64,000 nucleotides of DNA from Dirinaria sp. TL-2023a. Taxonomy: Eukaryota. Positions 62,926 to 64,000 of the stretch are shown here, piece after piece (the first letter of the stretch is position 1; every line of letters starts with the position of its first letter). The notes beneath the pieces are model-generated. The model was not told where the DNA came from, did not search any database, and was given only the letters and a program-made list of their open reading frames with translations. Location of the stretch: contig JAVEBF010000001.1 in assembly GCA_051941275.1 (NCBI GenBank), positions 1-64,000 on the forward strand, given 5' to 3'. The position numbers and the translations under genes are program-made.

Positions 62926-64000
62926 ATTGTGTAAGCTGATCTTGTGATATTGATGCTTTGGAAGCGAGACGCTGAAGTGACCGTGTGGACACTAAACGTC
63001 GGCAGCTCGGACGATTAACGCGTCACATTTCGACGACGGCAAAAACAAATTTACCGGGTGGTGCAGGCGGATATAATAGAGGAAAATGTACTTGTCATGC
63101 TAGTTGATAGCTTAAAGTGATCCGTTTCTAAAGATTTCCCCTGTATGAGGTCGTTGCGCTGGCCCAGCGCTCAGGATCCCTCGAGACCATGTCCCCCGAC
63201 ATTCTCGGAAAATACTCAAGGACGCTGTCCTCCTTTATCGTTCGTATTCGGAATGATTCTGACCTTGCTGTCCATGGCTAAGAAAAATCAATTCAATGTA
63301 GCAGGTGAGATTTCATCTTCTATGGCAGTGAAAGCCCAAGGCAATGAATACTCGTCCACGACCAGCTGCATTAAAATTGTACGTAGCATTATCTTGGCCG
63401 TATATGTCAGGCGACATCTAAGGTAAGGTTCAGAGCCGCCGATGCGGTGAGTAAGCACTTGTTATAGGGCAAGATGCAAGGCCCTCGGTCCGATAGTAGC
63501 GGCGACCGTACAAGTATGTCGATCCAGAGCCGGTAGATTTGGCAGCCCTGTTGTCGATATTGAGAATATTTTCTGGCTTGTGTCAAGGTGGGATCCCCCC
63601 CTCCTTTGATTTTGCATTTAGGCCAGGCCCTGACAGGTTTTCATGAAAGTCTGAAACAATTCAATTCAAGATATGTACATTATCTGCACATATGCTTGCA
63701 AAGACATTGGTAGACACTGTGTAAGGAGCTGATAAGTAGGCTGATTTACAGCACCCTCATCTAACCTTCTTCACCGCACCAGATCGCGCTTTGCAAACGA
63801 TCAGCTGTTTAACAAGCAATTGAGCATGATTGAAAAGTTTTGGTGAAGCAAATCGCGACCTGAATGCGGATAGTCAATCTTTACCAAGCTTCTGGAGCTT
63901 GGATTCTGGCGAAAGGGAGGTCGGTGTTTGCTGAATTGATTATGGACGACACGTTCGCCTTCCGAGTCTAGCAAGGGTTGAATCAGTAATATAATTCGCC

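Noticed and set aside
63100..63950. Possible degenerate BTB/POZ-like remnant on the minus strand
   Set aside because: Resemblance too weak, with many stops.
1..64000. Starship element or DNA transposon
   Set aside because: No tyrosine recombinase (DUF3435) captain, transposase, TIRs or RT/integrase ORF recognised; cargo-like genes alone are insufficient.
1..64000. tRNA, rRNA or telomeric repeats
   Set aside because: No cloverleaf with A/B boxes, 5S-like sequence or TTAGGG array seen by eye; tRNAscan/Infernal not run.

Overview
Eukaryotic DNA from a filamentous ascomycete, with short GT-AG introns and CTRAC branch sites. The secreted-protein families suggest a lichen-forming or related lineage, but this is inference. 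The window starts at the edge of what appears to be a nested LTR-retrotransposon island (1-428) and continues as an accessory-type, pseudogene-rich region. Apparently intact genes: a secreted DUF4874-like putative glycoside hydrolase, a GFA/Mss4-like protein, two PTH11-like 7TM proteins, S28 and S10 serine carboxypeptidases, several Cys-patterned secreted proteins, an FHA-like/Ser-Thr kinase, an amidohydrolase-2 decarboxylase, a cyclophilin (GC-AG intron, Trp-to-His at the cyclosporin site), a tocopherol-MT-like methyltransferase, an SDR lacking its catalytic Lys, a caleosin/peroxygenase and a secreted SnoaL-like protein. Damaged genes: two further PTH11-like copies, a DUF6604-like gene with only a lost start and one in-frame stop, a Clr5-domain gene, a RIP-like degraded ORF and a possibly splice-defective O-methyltransferase. 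I found no tRNA/rRNA, PKS/NRPS backbone, transposase or Starship captain. Exon structures were deduced by eye and family calls come from remembered motifs, not database searches.
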